A DNA stretch of 64,000 bases from Chara braunii (GCA_003427395.1 BFEA01000003.1:1368206-1432205), one strand, 5' to 3'; shown: positions 38,891 to 51,999, numbered from the stretch's first letter. Notes: generated by a model not told the origin, from the letters alone. A program made the numbers and translations.

Positions 38891-41010
38891 ATGTCACGCC
38901 ACCACCACCAAAAAGACTGCAATTTAAGGCAACCAATCCATATATATGCACCAAATCCTCCATAACATACCCAGCAACACATCATCTACAAAACCGGTCA
39001 CCATGGTGTACTCGATGATAAACCCATGCCGCAGTGGGCACTGCTGCATGCGTTGTCAACCATAGTATTCCTGTATGTTTAGGAACAGGCAAGGTAAGAA
39101 GGGTAACCCAAAACTTTTTCGACCTCATTTGGAAAACAAGATACTATATACCACGGAGCAGACCGAGTTGTTGCGAACACATAAAGACATGCCCCTCAGA
39201 AACATTCAAGACAACATCCGACTTGTAAATGAGACCATCAGATATGCTAGGCAACGTCAGGTAGATGCAACCATACTCTTCATTGATTTTGAAAAAGCAT
39301 ACGATCATGTCGACTGGGATTTTCTGCAGATGTGCCTAAATAAAATGAATTTTGGGCCCATATTCTAGAAATGGGTAAATATTTTCCATAGAACGGCCTC
39401 CACCAATGTGATGATGAATGGGCACCTTGCACCCCCGATACGCTTGCAGAGATCAGTGAGATAGGGAGACCCCATTGCGCTAATGCTTTTTGTTTTTATC
39501 ATGGAAGAACTGGCGGCAATGATTAGAGCATTATCAGAGCAAACCCTGCGATTCAAAAGATCTTGGTACAGGAAATACCTTCCCACCTCATCCCCATCAC
39601 ATCCATCTTCGCAGATGACCTCACCGTTCTCTTCAGAGCTAACCCAGAAAGTACGAGGGCGCTTTGCAGATACGATTCACCTTTTTGAAGTGGCGGCGGA
39701 CATGAAAGTCAACCGGGGAACAAAAATTGAAGGCCGGTGGCTAACTAAAAACAACAATAACCCACCACTAGATACTTTAAGAGTTGACTGGAAATCTAAG
39801 GAAACTGCCATCAGAGTGTTGGGGGTCAACCTAACAGCAACAGGCCCACCGCACGACCACGGCAACAGATTGGTAGACCTAGCAATTCAACGCATGAACG
39901 CGTGGAAATCAAACCGCACATCACTTGTGGGTCGTGCCCTTGCAATTAACAATGCCATCTTTGCGGCAATTTGGTACAAAGTGGCATTTTGGCAGCTCAT
40001 CAGAACTCAGATAACAAGACGACGAAAGGTTTGCATCGGCTTACCTATGGCGAGGTAATCATGAGAATGTTAAGTGCATCCGAAGAGTAGCGTGGGAAGT
40101 CGTCACCCAACCGCGCATCAAAGGGGGTCTCAGAATTGTTGACCCAAAGAATGACATAAAAACATTGTTTTTTTTAATTCTGATAAGACTACTGATTGGC
40201 AATGACATCCCATGGGCACCATATGCCCTTATCCAAATTAAGGCCCTAGCCCCACAGTCCAATGGAGGCACGAAGGTACATCCACTACAGTGACTAACTA
40301 ACAAATATTGGACAATCCCGACTCCAACCCGCACTCGTTCAAATGACACACTAGCATCCTCAGCCAAATGGGACCTTATGACGGACCCCCTATGGACCAC
40401 GCTTTTACGACTCTAAAGGGAAAGGGGGCCAACACAAAAAATGGTTGTGGTACGATGGGAAGAGATATGGAGACAACCTCTCTTCGGTAACCCGAATCTC
40501 CTTGACCGAGCAGGCCACCCCTTCCCACTCTACACTCACTCAAAATGGATGTCGTGGGTGAAAAAGGGAGTGTATACAATCGATGACTTATGGAACGACC
40601 AAACGAACTCTTGGCATACCGAACAAGAACTTCGCCCGCGAATGACCCATATCATAAATCTTCATGAAGGTTTGCAAGAACTACAGGAAACTATCCCATT
40701 GGCCTGGATATCAGAATTGAGAAGAGGCCCGAGGATTAGACCAGGAGATTGGGTCGTCACGCCTGAGGATTGACCAATCTCTATGGTATTGTACATGGTC
40801 GACAAGGTACACGATCATACAGTGTCACTTCAGGCCTATGCTCCCCGATTCCCGGGACAAAGGTGGTCCAAATTGCTTTGAGAAGACAACCTGGACCGCC
40901 AGCGACCCACTATGGGGCTCACAAGAGTCCGGGTCCTCAATGACAGGGAAGAAGAACTGTATGTCTATGAGTCGGCGACCCCTCTCAGCCAACTGCTGTT
41001 TGACCCCCAG
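38891..41010 (+). mobile_element. Decayed L1/Tx1-type LINE ORF2 (RT and downstream region)
   Basis: RNIQDNIRL..LFIDFEKAYDHVDW, R*GDP, IFADDL (frameshifted), RVLGV, SLVGRAL, P..KGGL; many stops and frameshifts. Confidence 0.9.
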
Positions 41011-42315
41011 GAAGATCGGAGGCGAGCCAATGAGAGGGCACGGGATTACCGATGGAGCAACGGACGGTTAGAAAAACGAAAGACTGACAGGAATGGGATT
41101 TGGATGTCAGTACCTTATCCGTTCATGAGGTACGCCTGGCTTAAGTCAACTCACGAGGAAACCGCCGCTCATTTTGATGTTAGCATTATAGAGTCGACTA
41201 TTGACAAGAACGAATGATACTGGTCCAATATCAGGGGTGATGTTAAATTCATTGTCAAAAATTGTTCAGTCTGCGCGGTGGATAAAGCGTCGATTCAGCC
41301 TTCCCGGTCCACTGTCCCGATGGTAGTCGAGCGACCATTCTAAAGAGTCAGTATGGACACGACATATATTATCGATCCCCCTGGCCCGAATAGCTGTGAG
41401 TATTCAGTCCTCCTTGTTTTTGTGGATCATTTTTCCAAATGGATAGAGGCGTATCCTTATAAGACGCGACAGACGGCGGAAATTGTGAGATATATCAACC
41501 GTTTCCTCGGAATGCATCAAGATACCGAGGAAATCATATTGGACAATGGGGCCGAATTCTGAGGGGAAGTCCTAAGGAGTCTGATCACGCATGGTGTCTC
41601 CATTCGGAACACCGCCCCTCATATGTCCCAATCAAATGGCCTCGTAGAAAACGCCAACCGAGTAATCAAGACCGCTCTCCGACGGAATATCGCAGTTAGA
41701 GATACGAGGCCTTGACCCGACATAGTGGATCATATCCTAGCCATTCATCGGGGGACACCCCATGAGTCCACCGACCTGTCCCCTTTTTAATTACGGACCA
41801 ATAACTTGGCTTGTGTAGCTCTGCCGAGCCTGAACAACGAGACGACCCTTGAACGGTGGTCCATGAGGGCGACGGTTAAGGACAAGGCCCAACGCCACTT
41901 GGAATTGATGGAAAAGACCCTCCCTTGGTTAGCCCAAAAAAGACAGCGGATGGCCGAAATGGCCCACGGACGACAGGTCTGGAGCTATGAGGCCCGGAAC
42001 GGGAATACTGGACCTCGGCCCCAGTATAGATTAGGGAACATAGTGCAAGTAAGGAAATGTGCGCGCCAGGGTAAGTTAGCGTCACGATTCTTTGGGCGAT
42101 TCCGCGTAGTCGAGCTTGGTTCTAGCGGGGTGAACACGGTGCGGCTTGCACCAGAGGTCTCGAGAAGCCGATCGGCTCGACCGATCATCCGACACGTGTC
42201 CTATCTCCGTCCCTTAGCCCCTTCTCCGTCTCTCTCACCGTCTACGTCGTCCCCCACTTCTGAGGAGGAAAATGATGATCTCAAACTTGAATACACTTCT
42301 TCTCCCTCTCCCTAA
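41010..42315 (+). pseudogene. Ty3/gypsy-type integrase fragment (H2C2, rve core, C-terminus)
   Basis: HEETAAHF..YW..CSVC, RVSMDT, VDHFSKWIEAYP, LDNGAEF, QSNGLVENANR, KLASRFFGRFRV; several stops. Confidence 0.9.
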
Positions 42316-42362
42316 TCTTCGTTTCCGCCTTCTCCCCCATTGCCATGAGTTTTTCTACGGAA

Positions 42363-42887
42363 CAACGAAAAAAAAATTCCCACGAGAAATGAAAGTTGAA
42401 AAAACATTCCATAAAAAAAAAATCCTTCATATTTATAAATTATCATTCCAATGTTCGTCCAATTCTAAAATTTTAAATTTTATCTGATAAGTTCCCATCT
42501 AAATATGAGCTTTCCCTTCCAACTACATCTATTTGTACAAGATGGAATGAAAGTCTGGACGAGTTTATGAAATGTTTTAATTAAATTTTTATTTTTCTAC
42601 AATAAATATTTTCTAATTTGGATTGGATTAACCTATTTATAAATGTAAATCCTTACTTAGAATGACAGTCCAATTAAAATATTTCATGAACTCATCCAGA
42701 CTTTCATTCCATCTCTTGCATGCAGTCCAAATAAGAAGGGATACCCTATTCTTGGAATGAAAGTTTGCAAGTAAGATGAAAAATTTTGAAATTGGAATGA
42801 CATTTTTTAAGATGGAATGCAAATTTAAAATTTAGATGGTAATTTTACTATACAATGATTATTTAATTCTAGGAAATTTTTTCGTTG
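42363..42887. mobile_element. AT-rich foldback/MITE-like element
   Basis: Terminal CAACGAAAAA..TTCC / GGAAATTTTTTCGTTG and an internal inverted pair at about 42538-42582 versus 42672-42718. Confidence 0.7.
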
Positions 42888-43483
42888 AAGTCATCAACAA
42901 GCGTCTGATGAGGCCTCGGGGACATATCTCGTCTATTCGGCAAGTTCGGCATTCATGATTGAGCCCCAATCTTCTCCGATTTGCGGCCTTCTTTAGCACG
43001 ACGGCGGTACACGCGGCGGCGAAATTCGATTTGTACGTGTCAGCGATAGAGCGCGAGTGTTGGCCGAGGTGTCGACTTTTCTACAGTTGACTGCACCAGG
43101 CATCAACCACAACCACATGTCCGTGATAATAACCTTTATCGACGATCTTACGACACTGCACAAAGGAGCCCACACAGACGTCCTCCGACAACTGTGGAAC
43201 TGGGCTCGGGATCTCACAGTTGTGTGGATCCAGCTTCTGGCTCAGCCTGGGGACCAGATCGTCTCCACTAACGACACCGACCTCAGCCAGCTCCGGCTTT
43301 CCCCTGCCGTGTCCGGGGCCTTCATCCGCGATCTCCTTCCCTTTGCGCCGCCCCAATGAACCAGCACCGTCTCTCGACCTTCGGGCTCCCGTCCAACCTC
43401 CCCACCTTCTGACAGTCAGCTATCGACGCCCCTCTGTCCTTTCGGATTGAGCAGCTGGATGTGCCGATCCTCGAAGCCGCCAA

Positions 43484-44128
43484 GTGGAGGGAGTGGTGGA
43501 ACGCATATGTGGCACTGACTTGGAGCTTATGTCTTCTTTGAGTGGTGTTCCACCGGGCCGAGCCAGCAAACAAGGACGAGGAAACGAAGTCCCAAACGAC
43601 GAGGTGGAACTGCTGATAGTCCAGGCGTGGAAGACGAATACGGAGGGAGAGTTGTTGGGGATCTTATTTGGGAAAGTCAGGGACGACCACCTGGAGCCTA
43701 TTACGAGCGAAGTGTTGATATTCCTGGCGCAACTCCTCGACGACCTACCTCTGGATATCATCTCTCGCTGCGATCAACGTCCTACGCCGGCCACGCTTAC
43801 ATCGCCGCATCTGCTGTGGTCTCCGTGCATGGGGATCGACGGGGATATCTGCTATTACCCCTCCTCGGGCCACTACCTGGTCATCAATGTCACCAACCTC
43901 ACCTTTTGGGATCCGATCATTCGGAGAGGGGAAGGAAGGGAAGAGGCGGGAGAAGAGGGAGAAGAGGTGAGCGAAGAAGAAGAAGAAGAGGAAGAGGAGA
44001 ATTTGAGGGCGGAATCTGACGACCCCGATTACAACGATTCAGAGGAAAGTGAGTCAGGAGGAAGTGGGTCAGACGAATCAGACAACCCCAGCGAACGGAG
44101 CAAGGAAGAAGACGAAGCCGCAACGTAG
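43484..44128 (+). CDS. Retroelement-associated ORF of unknown function with an acidic tail (true start uncertain, probably partly decayed)
   Basis: 214-codon ORF with a globular-looking core (ELLIVQAWKTNTEGELLGILFG..DDLPLDIISRCD..WDPIIRR) followed by an E/S/D-rich tail. It lies between an integrase fragment and a family A unit. Confidence 0.45.
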   Translation: MEGVVERICGTDLELMSSLSGVPPGRASKQGRGNEVPNDEVELLIVQAWKTNTEGELLGILFGKVRDDHLEPITSEVLIFLAQLLDDLPLDIISRCDQRPTPATLTSPHLLWSPCMGIDGDICYYPSSGHYLVINVTNLTFWDPIIRRGEGREEAGEEGEEVSEEEEEEEEENLRAESDDPDYNDSEESESGGSGSDESDNPSERSKEEDEAAT

Positions 44129-44810
44129 AAGAGGCAAGAGAGGGCAGGAAGAAAGCGGTCAGTGGAGCAATCACATGGACCAGTGGCGCAACTGTTTAAA
44201 GGCGATCTGGCTCGCAATCCAAAGCCGCTGCAGGAGGAACTTGGGGGAGATGGCGTCACCGCCGCAGAGGGATCAAGTAGCGGGCGCCGAAGAAGAAGTC
44301 CTTCGCCGACTCAATCCCCTTCGCCAAGGACCACCGTTCGCATACGTGGAGATGCGGGCGCTCGGGCTTCGTGCCCGGTCTTTATCCCGTTGCCCCCTTG
44401 ATTACCTTACCCTCCAGCAGCTTGTGGGACGTCCCATGTTCTCTCTTAACTGGCACCTCTTCCCGCCTTCCCTCTTCCATCAACTCTATTCCACCCGCCT
44501 CATCGCCACCATCTTCCCGCATGCCACCACTCGCTCCCTCGTAACTTCCTTTCCCCTCCACGTCCTTCTCTTTAGTGTGGCATGACACAAATACAATAAT
44601 ATAGAGGTCTATTGTATAATCGCGGGTACTATCCCCCCGTGCGAAGATTATGAGAACTTCCGCGCCGCGATTCCCCACACTCTCTGCACCCTCTACCCTG
44701 ATTACCTCGCCTCGCTCCCCCATCAAGACCATCGTTTCCCCCGCATCCATCGCACCATCCACTACACTCGACTCCCCACTGGAGATCTAGAACTTCGTCG
44801 TTTTTTGCCT

Positions 44811-44912
44811 CCTCTCCCGCGTGCTCACCCTCCTCCTCTCCCGCGTGCTCACCCTCCTCCTCTCCCGCGTGCTCACCCTCCTCCTCTCCCGCGTGCTCAC
44901 CCTCCTCCTCCC
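44811..44912. repeat. 24-bp tandem repeat, about 4 copies
   Basis: CTCCTCTCCCGCGTGCTCACCCTC is repeated. Confidence 0.9.
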
Positions 44913-45525
44913 CCACCTGTCATTAGAGTACCCTTCCCCGACAACCTCTAGGTTCGGAACTCACGAATGCCACCTGGATGACTTTCACACTCTTATCACA
45001 CGGTAAGTGGCACGTGTAAGTTTCACGTCGATCGTCAGTGTTTTCTCTACCCTGCGTGATCGATGGATGTTGAGAGAGCAAGCAGGAGCTTGCTCAAGAT
45101 TGGAACCCCCTGGGCGTCACATATGTGATGAACTGTTTTTTGCAACCGCGCGACTTTCTGCACAAGGCCACTTCGGGGATTGAATCGAGATGGCCCGTCG
45201 AATTGCATGGATACCCTTGCCTTCTTTTCGGAATTAAGGCTGGTTTGGTCCCACGACAGTTGGAAGTTGATCGCACGTTAGCGAGCGCGGAGGATAACTG
45301 TTGCCATAGTTTTTTTCTCGTTTTGCTGTGGGAATGAGAATTTTGGCGCGATTGTCACGCGAAAAAATCTGTTTGAATTTGTAACTGATGTCGAGCCCCC
45401 GTAGACTCTCGAAATTTCTCTTTGCAATTAGGATTTAGGCTAGGAATTTGGGTGCATCGCAATTTTGCTGCACGACGCTTTTTGCTTGCGCTTTGCCGCG
45501 TCCGAATCTATGATCTGACTTTTTC

Positions 45526-45527
<2 letters not shown>

Positions 45528-45564
<37 letters not shown>

Positions 45565-45614
45565 NNNNNNNNNNNNNNNNNNNNNNNNNNNNNNNNNNNN
45601 NNNNNNNNNNNNNN

Positions 45615-45650
<36 letters not shown>

Positions 45651-47335
45651 AAACATCTATGTTGGGGAGTAGAGGGGGTGCTGATAAGAGCAGACACTCC
45701 CTCTACTCCCCTAGGTGGATAGATGGCTCCGTTCCATTGGTGGAGAGTTGAACCTGCTGGAAACCGGGTCCAACGTCCCTTTACATCATCAATAATGAAC
45801 AGGCAAAAACAACTGCGTTTGGGAAGCGGGCCCAGCGACCCTTCAGATCTGGGAGTACTGATCGTGGTTTGAGACTGAATGATGGTACTGAGGTTAAGGA
45901 GTAGGATTGGTAAGCAAGGATTCTTGTGCCTCTTCACCCTAACCGGGCGCCAGATATGCAATTACACCTAGCACTCCCAAACCACTTATTAGGAGGTAAG
46001 ACTTGATTCCACAGATAAAACACAATGTAGTGACTCAGTTGATCATTCAAGCACAAACCATGATCCGAGAACTAAGGCTAGCTTTGGAGGAGGAAAAAGA
46101 TCGGGAAAATCCGATAGGGGGCTGAGAGGGATGGAGGGGTCAATGTTGCTCCAGTCATTAAAGAGTAAGTGGTAATTCCTTGGGAGCTCATCTTGAGCAT
46201 TCTCGCATACTCCATTCCATTTAACCCGCCCTATCATACCACCTTGGTCCCCTACAAGTCAGTTTTGATTGAATGTTTTTATGTGTTGTTTAATTTCCTT
46301 TTCTTCTGTTAAAAATTAAAGTTTCTTTTTTTAGTGTCTCTCATCTAGTGTTAATCTCTAGTTGGATTTGTTGCTTGATGGTATCCGTGAAATCAAGACC
46401 ATGTAGACGGGCACCTTCGATTTCAAATGTGCACCTGCGAGACCATATGACCCAAATAACAACTCTTCTTCCAATCGTGAATAGGTTAGTTGTGAATCTA
46501 TCTTCACATGCTGGGGCCCAAGCTTCCAGGAGGAGAGCTTTCCAGTTTCATGGCCATGGTAGAGAGGTTTCTATCTGATTCCAAATCCTATCCCACCAGC
46601 GCCATAGCCAGACCGAACCTGGGCATTGCAAAAAGATATGTTCTGATCTGCAGAATTTGCACCAGGGAAGGGCTATTCCTTTTTGTTCAAGTGAAGTACT
46701 GTCAATGATCCAATCGTTGGTTGACAAGCATCGATGAGCGATTTGTCATTGAAGGGATGCCACTTTAGCCGGTTTAGACTTTGATAGAATGAAACCATTT
46801 AACTGATTGTAGTTCCTCTTTGCTCACATTTAGGTGTGTTATCCATCGCTCTTCTATTTTATCCTTTATATTTATTTTAGGGCGCAACATCCTGTACGTG
46901 GATTTTACTGACAGCGTGTGAAGTACCTGGGTATGGGAGCGTCCTGGGTACACCGTAGACGACCAAGACCAACTAACCGGATCTAGCGGGGGATGGGATA
47001 TGGGTGTATCTGGTTTGTAAGCAACCCCCTTTTCCTTTATCACTAAGATTTTGATCCTAAATAATCTGTCCTTTTTTATCAGCCCCGTGATCTGATGTGG
47101 TGTAGTTCTGAGGAACTCATCCTCCCCTATATCATAGATTGTCATTAACACATCTCCAGTGGGGCGCACTTCGCTAATCTTCCCCACCACTACTGGCTGA
47201 TCATAGATGGATACCCAATCATTTGGAATAAGGGTAGGTCCATTTCTGAAGATCCTAACCCAATCTAAGGGGATTAGTATGTCTATTATTTGTTCCTAAC
47301 ATTGGCCCGAACTTCAGAAGGTGGGTAAAGATCTT
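45528..47335 (-). mobile_element. 5'-truncated LINE with poly(A) tail
   Basis: Poly-T at 45528-45649 (around a gap). The minus strand encodes IPLDWVRIFRNGPTLIPNDWV (cf. IPLAWISELRRGPRIRPGDWV at about 40700), LSVKSTY and a CKFC..EH..C motif. Confidence 0.8.
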
Positions 47336-48460
47336 TTGCGCCTTAATCTTACGTGTAACTGTAATTCTTTTCTTGGTGGGCGCGATTGTAACTGTAATCC
47401 TCTCTTTCTTGATATCTTCGTTGCGCCCCCGCGCGCGCATACTTTTTCCCCTGTCCAATTGGCCCGAACGATTACATGACTTGATTGATGTGTGGAGTGT
47501 GGGTACGTCCCCCACACCGCGGCCTGGCCATACAGTCGTAGGCACTTCCTTCCTCCGTCTCTCCCACTCAGGCACAATCCCGGGTATCTCGTGCAAACAC
47601 GCATGCTATAAATTTTGCAAGCGCGATTAACTCGCTCTCTATAAATTTTGGGAGTAAGTGCGGTCGAGAGAATCGGCTAACGAGCACGAGTCGTAATGTG
47701 AGTGGAGAGTTGGGCGATCCGACGAGCTGGTGCTGGATATGCGGGGTTGACGCGCGGCCTCGATAGACTGTGGCACACGGGCGAACCTGACTTGCATGTT
47801 CAGGCTAAGCGGGGTGACAACTCCGTGTGAGTGCGTGGCGACGGACTGCCCACATCGAGAAGATGTGAAGAGAGAGAAGAGAGAGAAAGAGAGACGGGAT
47901 GTGTTGGAATGGTGTCGTTCTTCGATTCTTCTGAGCAATTTTGATATCTGGCGCAAGTCGCCCTTGCTTTTGGACCAACGTCTCAAACTTTTCCTTTGCT
48001 TCTTCTTTAAGAATTGATGTGTGATTTTCTCCCCCGCTTCTCTCCTCTTTCTGTATAAATTGGCAACTTGGCTGATTGATCATCTAAGATCGGATCATGT
48101 ATGTTCCCTGACCAGTGGCCAAGGAATTGATGCACGAATGTTCATCTTAGACTACTTTTTTTTTTGTGTATGTTCGAAATCGGATGTATGGATGTTTGGT
48201 GTTTTTCTGTCTGAACATGAACTGGATACGCATGCTAGATGGTTGGATGTCTGTCTCATGATAGGATTACCCATCTTTGAGCTAATGTGCCAGTACATAT
48301 AGGTTGTGAGCTGCTGGCCCTTATCCGCCTGACTGACGGGCAGGTCTTGTGCATGCACGTGTAAGCCCGACCGAGGAAGGTCGTCACGTACACGCGTGTC
48401 TGCATGATCTGTACTCGGCAAAACTCCCCGAATGTCTGGACTTCTGCCCCACACCGCAGT

Positions 48461-49036
48461 ATGAATATCGAAATCCCCTTTCGCATCACTGACCGCGAGT
48501 GTCTGAGGGATCGTGAATTCCGAGAGTTTTGGGAGCACGCGTGTCTGTCTACACGACCGAGGGCGAAACCTCCAAAATTTCCGTACTCAACAGGAAACGA
48601 ACGTATTTGTGAGTGGGATATTGATCAGCCTTTGGGACGTATCCCCCACCTCCCCGGCTGTCCCAGCTCATATACGTGTCACATCGTCACAGAACCCGAA
48701 ATCATTATCCTGGAAACCGAATTCCCCCCCTATCACCGCACTTTGCCCTTTCACTCCCTGACCATCCCCCCTTGGCGGATGCTCACTCCCTACTGGCCCC
48801 AACCTCCGTGCTCAGAGTGCCTGCAGGACCACGATTACCCAGCATCCGACTTCATCAGGCAAACTCGCCCGGAAGAGGAACGACGGGAGCACAGCCTTCG
48901 GCTGAGGCCGGCCGCGTTGGAATCCGAAACCTGCGGCGTCCGACGTCGGCAGGTGATCAGCCAGCGAGATAGCCATAGTGTCCCCGCGGTACAGTGGATA
49001 CGGATCCGACCCAGACGACGGGACCAACGGAGGTGA
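48461..49036 (+). CDS. Family A LTR-borne ORF, intact copy (191 aa, unknown function)
   Basis: MNIEIPFRITDRECLRDREFREFWE..FPPYH..PW..YWPQPPCSEC..; open frame, alignable with three other copies. Confidence 0.7.
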   Translation: MNIEIPFRITDRECLRDREFREFWEHACLSTRPRAKPPKFPYSTGNERICEWDIDQPLGRIPHLPGCPSSYTCHIVTEPEIIILETEFPPYHRTLPFHSLTIPPWRMLTPYWPQPPCSECLQDHDYPASDFIRQTRPEEERREHSLRLRPAALESETCGVRRRQVISQRDSHSVPAVQWIRIRPRRRDQRR

Positions 49037-50711
49037 TAGCTCCGCTCCCCGAAGCGCAAAACAGGACGGTCACCCAGATCCACGCCTATCCACTTGCACT
49101 CATATCCTTGAAACTTGGCACAGGAGATCTCAGTTCCGACCTGGGACTCCACCCCCACTTTCCTAAAATCCTTGGCACACCCCCTTCTTCGCACTTCCAG
49201 GCCCACTCCAACTCCGATCAGGAAGTCGCGCCGGGCGTGAGGTTGGGCGTCACAACCTCACAAGCTGCTGACTATCTCCCATCTCCCCCCTCTTCTCACT
49301 CTCCCTCCTTCCCTCTTGCATCACCAATATTCTGTTGAGTTCGTTGTATTTCAGCTGTGACAGAACAGTCATCCAAGTATGCTGTCTCGGTCTGATTGGT
49401 GGCACCAACAAGTACTACCATGTGTAAGCTGCCTCACTCCAATCATAATCACCTTGATAATCAGTTTTTTCCTCTGTTGGCTATTTTCTTCTGCCAAGTT
49501 GTATTATTGTGTCCTTTTGATGTGTCAAACCCCCACTACCTTTCACAGGCAAACTCGAAAGAGTCGAAACGCTAGTATAACCTCTACCGCATTCTTTCGG
49601 AGGTCGGCCACCACTGGACCAAAATGGCTGGTGGTGCCAGCCAAAAACAAAGAAAAAAGTGGGGCTGGTGCTTCGGCAAAGCTTGGCGTGCAGTTCTTTT
49701 CAGCCTCGGCAAAAAGAGCCTCGGGGAGTCGAGGGTAGTGGTGGTTTCAGTGAAGGTCCCTGCTGTCCTCTGCTCTATCCTGTTACGTTAGGGCGAGATC
49801 CCACCGACAAAGAGGATTGTAGTAAGTGTGTGAATGGGGACGTGTTTGTGGACAAGTGGGATAATTTGTGATTGGTCTATGCTTCTGCATATCTGTGTGG
49901 AACACGTCCAGATTCAGACACTTATTCCAATCCTCTTTGCCAGTGGGATCTGGCCCTTATTCTCCTGTGTTCTGACGTGCTTGGATGTGCCCTTACCACC
50001 GAACATTTGAACCTTTGAGAGCGTTTACCGTGCGACAAGTTATCAGTTACTGTATGTTTATGTATGGAAAGTCCCAAGTGTTTACTGTGACGGATAATTC
50101 ACCACATTGTTGCAGTGCTGCATCTGCCGACATCGGGCATAATGGCCCACATATCGCTTAGAACATGCAGCTTCTACTACCATCATCAATCGAATGGAAC
50201 GCCAAGTCATTATAGCTGTATTTGGTGCAGCTTTCAGTCCAGATACGGCAATAATGACCGGCCGGGCGTTCTATTCCGGTGAAGACCGTAGCTCATTATC
50301 TTAAGTTGATGATTTCTACCAAGTTGGACTCTTGTGCTGTGTTGTGCTGCGTCCTTCTGCTCCCCACCCTCCTACAAAGCAGGGGAGTAACCCCCTAACA
50401 TAATTATGCTAATTTCATTCCATCAGGACTGGAACCCATGCCCTGTTTACTAACAGTTGTATGTTTGTACCATTAAGCCACATTGGCCGGGGCACCGCGT
50501 CCTTCTGCTTTTTGTTCTCCACTGAGTAGTGAGCTGTTCTCCTGTGCTCTGCCATGTGCCACTCTAGTATGACCTTCTGGTATTCTGTGCTCTGTGAGGC
50601 CATTGAGGAATGCTGGATGGAGCTCACAGATCACCACACATGAGGCCCTGATGAGGGGTTATCGCTCCAGGACCTCTTAGCCTGTCACCCCCCCTTGATA
50701 GTTTGCCTTAA

Positions 50712-50878
50712 ACCACCAGTACTTCCGAAAGTTGTGGCCGTATGTGTCCCTGTTGTCTCGCAATGAGCGGGCCTGGGGCACTCCCATATATTAGTTCAAG
50801 TGGAAACATCATGCCGATCACGACACTGTAGCAATGCCTGGCAGCATGCACGTTGCGGCCTCCTTAAGTACTGGTGGT
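50712..50878. mobile_element. TTAA-flanked MITE
   Basis: TTAA|ACCACCAGTACTT ... AAGTACTGGTGGT|TTAA, the same TIR as 10377-10584. Confidence 0.85.
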
Positions 50879-51131
50879 TTAAGTTCGCCCCTACCAGTTG
50901 TGCCCTGTGATTCTGGCATTCTCTCAGGACCTGGCAGCTCATTGACCCTGAGAGTTGTATCCTGGGTGACACACGGTAAACGGAGGGCCGAAAATTCGTC
51001 GTTTTCGCCGATAGTTTCGGTGCAAAATTCAGCAAAATTTTCGAAAACAAACTACATAGGCCCATAGTGCAAACATAGACTCTCACATGTCTGTAATCCA
51101 GCCTCTACAACAACCTGGGCTTTATACTTTC

Positions 51132-51192
51132 AAAACAAACAAACAAACAAACAAACAAACAAACAAACAAACAAACAAACAAACAAACAAAA
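51132..51192. repeat. (AAAC)n microsatellite
   Basis: Direct reading. Confidence 0.95.
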
Positions 51193-51798
51193 CAGGCCAA
51201 AGAAAACGAACAAAAAAACAGAAAAAACATTATAAAATCCTAACACAAAAACACTTTCCGAGTTAAAATGAAGCCTTCAACGAATCCAACGAAATGCCAA
51301 CTTTTTCATTATGATCCAAACATGTCACAACTGGACCAATGACATACCCTAAAGCACCTACATATCACACAAAAAGAAAAACAAAGAAAAAAAGCACCCC
51401 AACTTAACCACGTGTGGTTAGCGGACACTGCTATGACTGAGTTAGTTGGTCACTGGTGGTCTGCCCAAGGACCACAAGCCTTAGGAAGGAGAGAAAGGGA
51501 TGGAGCAGTGGATCAACTAGTATGCTACAACTTGTGGAATGTTGAACAGAATATGTACCTTTCCACAAATTTCTAATAGTTTTTTCATTTTCTTAACAGT
51601 TGTTGAGTTTATTTTTAACTGAAAATTTGTACTTTGCAACTGGAAGCCAAATATGTTACAAAGTTGGAAGTTGAACGCATCTGCTGCATAACACACTCAA
51701 AAAGACATGCATCAAATACGCATAGGGCAACCCCTTGTACTCCCTCCTTCTCCCTTTGACATATATCTTGTCTAACACGCATGGGGGAAAGGGAAAGC

Positions 51799-51879
<81 letters not shown>

Positions 51880-51901
51880 NNNNNNNNNNNNNNNNNNNNN
51901 N

Positions 51902-51960
<59 letters not shown>

Positions 51961-51999
51961 TGGGCCGGGTGGGGGGGAAGGATGTTGCAGAGAACATTT

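Larger units (their letters stand above)
45124..49254 (+). mobile_element. Family A LTR-like unit (diverged subfamily) interrupted by a LINE
   Basis: TGTGATGAAC at 45124 and GGGCGTCACA at 49254. Segments 45124-45527 and about 47336-49254 are colinear with 36161-38890. No matching TSD. Confidence 0.8.

Noticed and set aside
49255-50690. LINE ORF1/5' remnant on the minus strand (also about 11850-12670, and 34900-36160 on the plus strand)
   Set aside because: Plausible from context, but I could not read a diagnostic motif, so it is not called.
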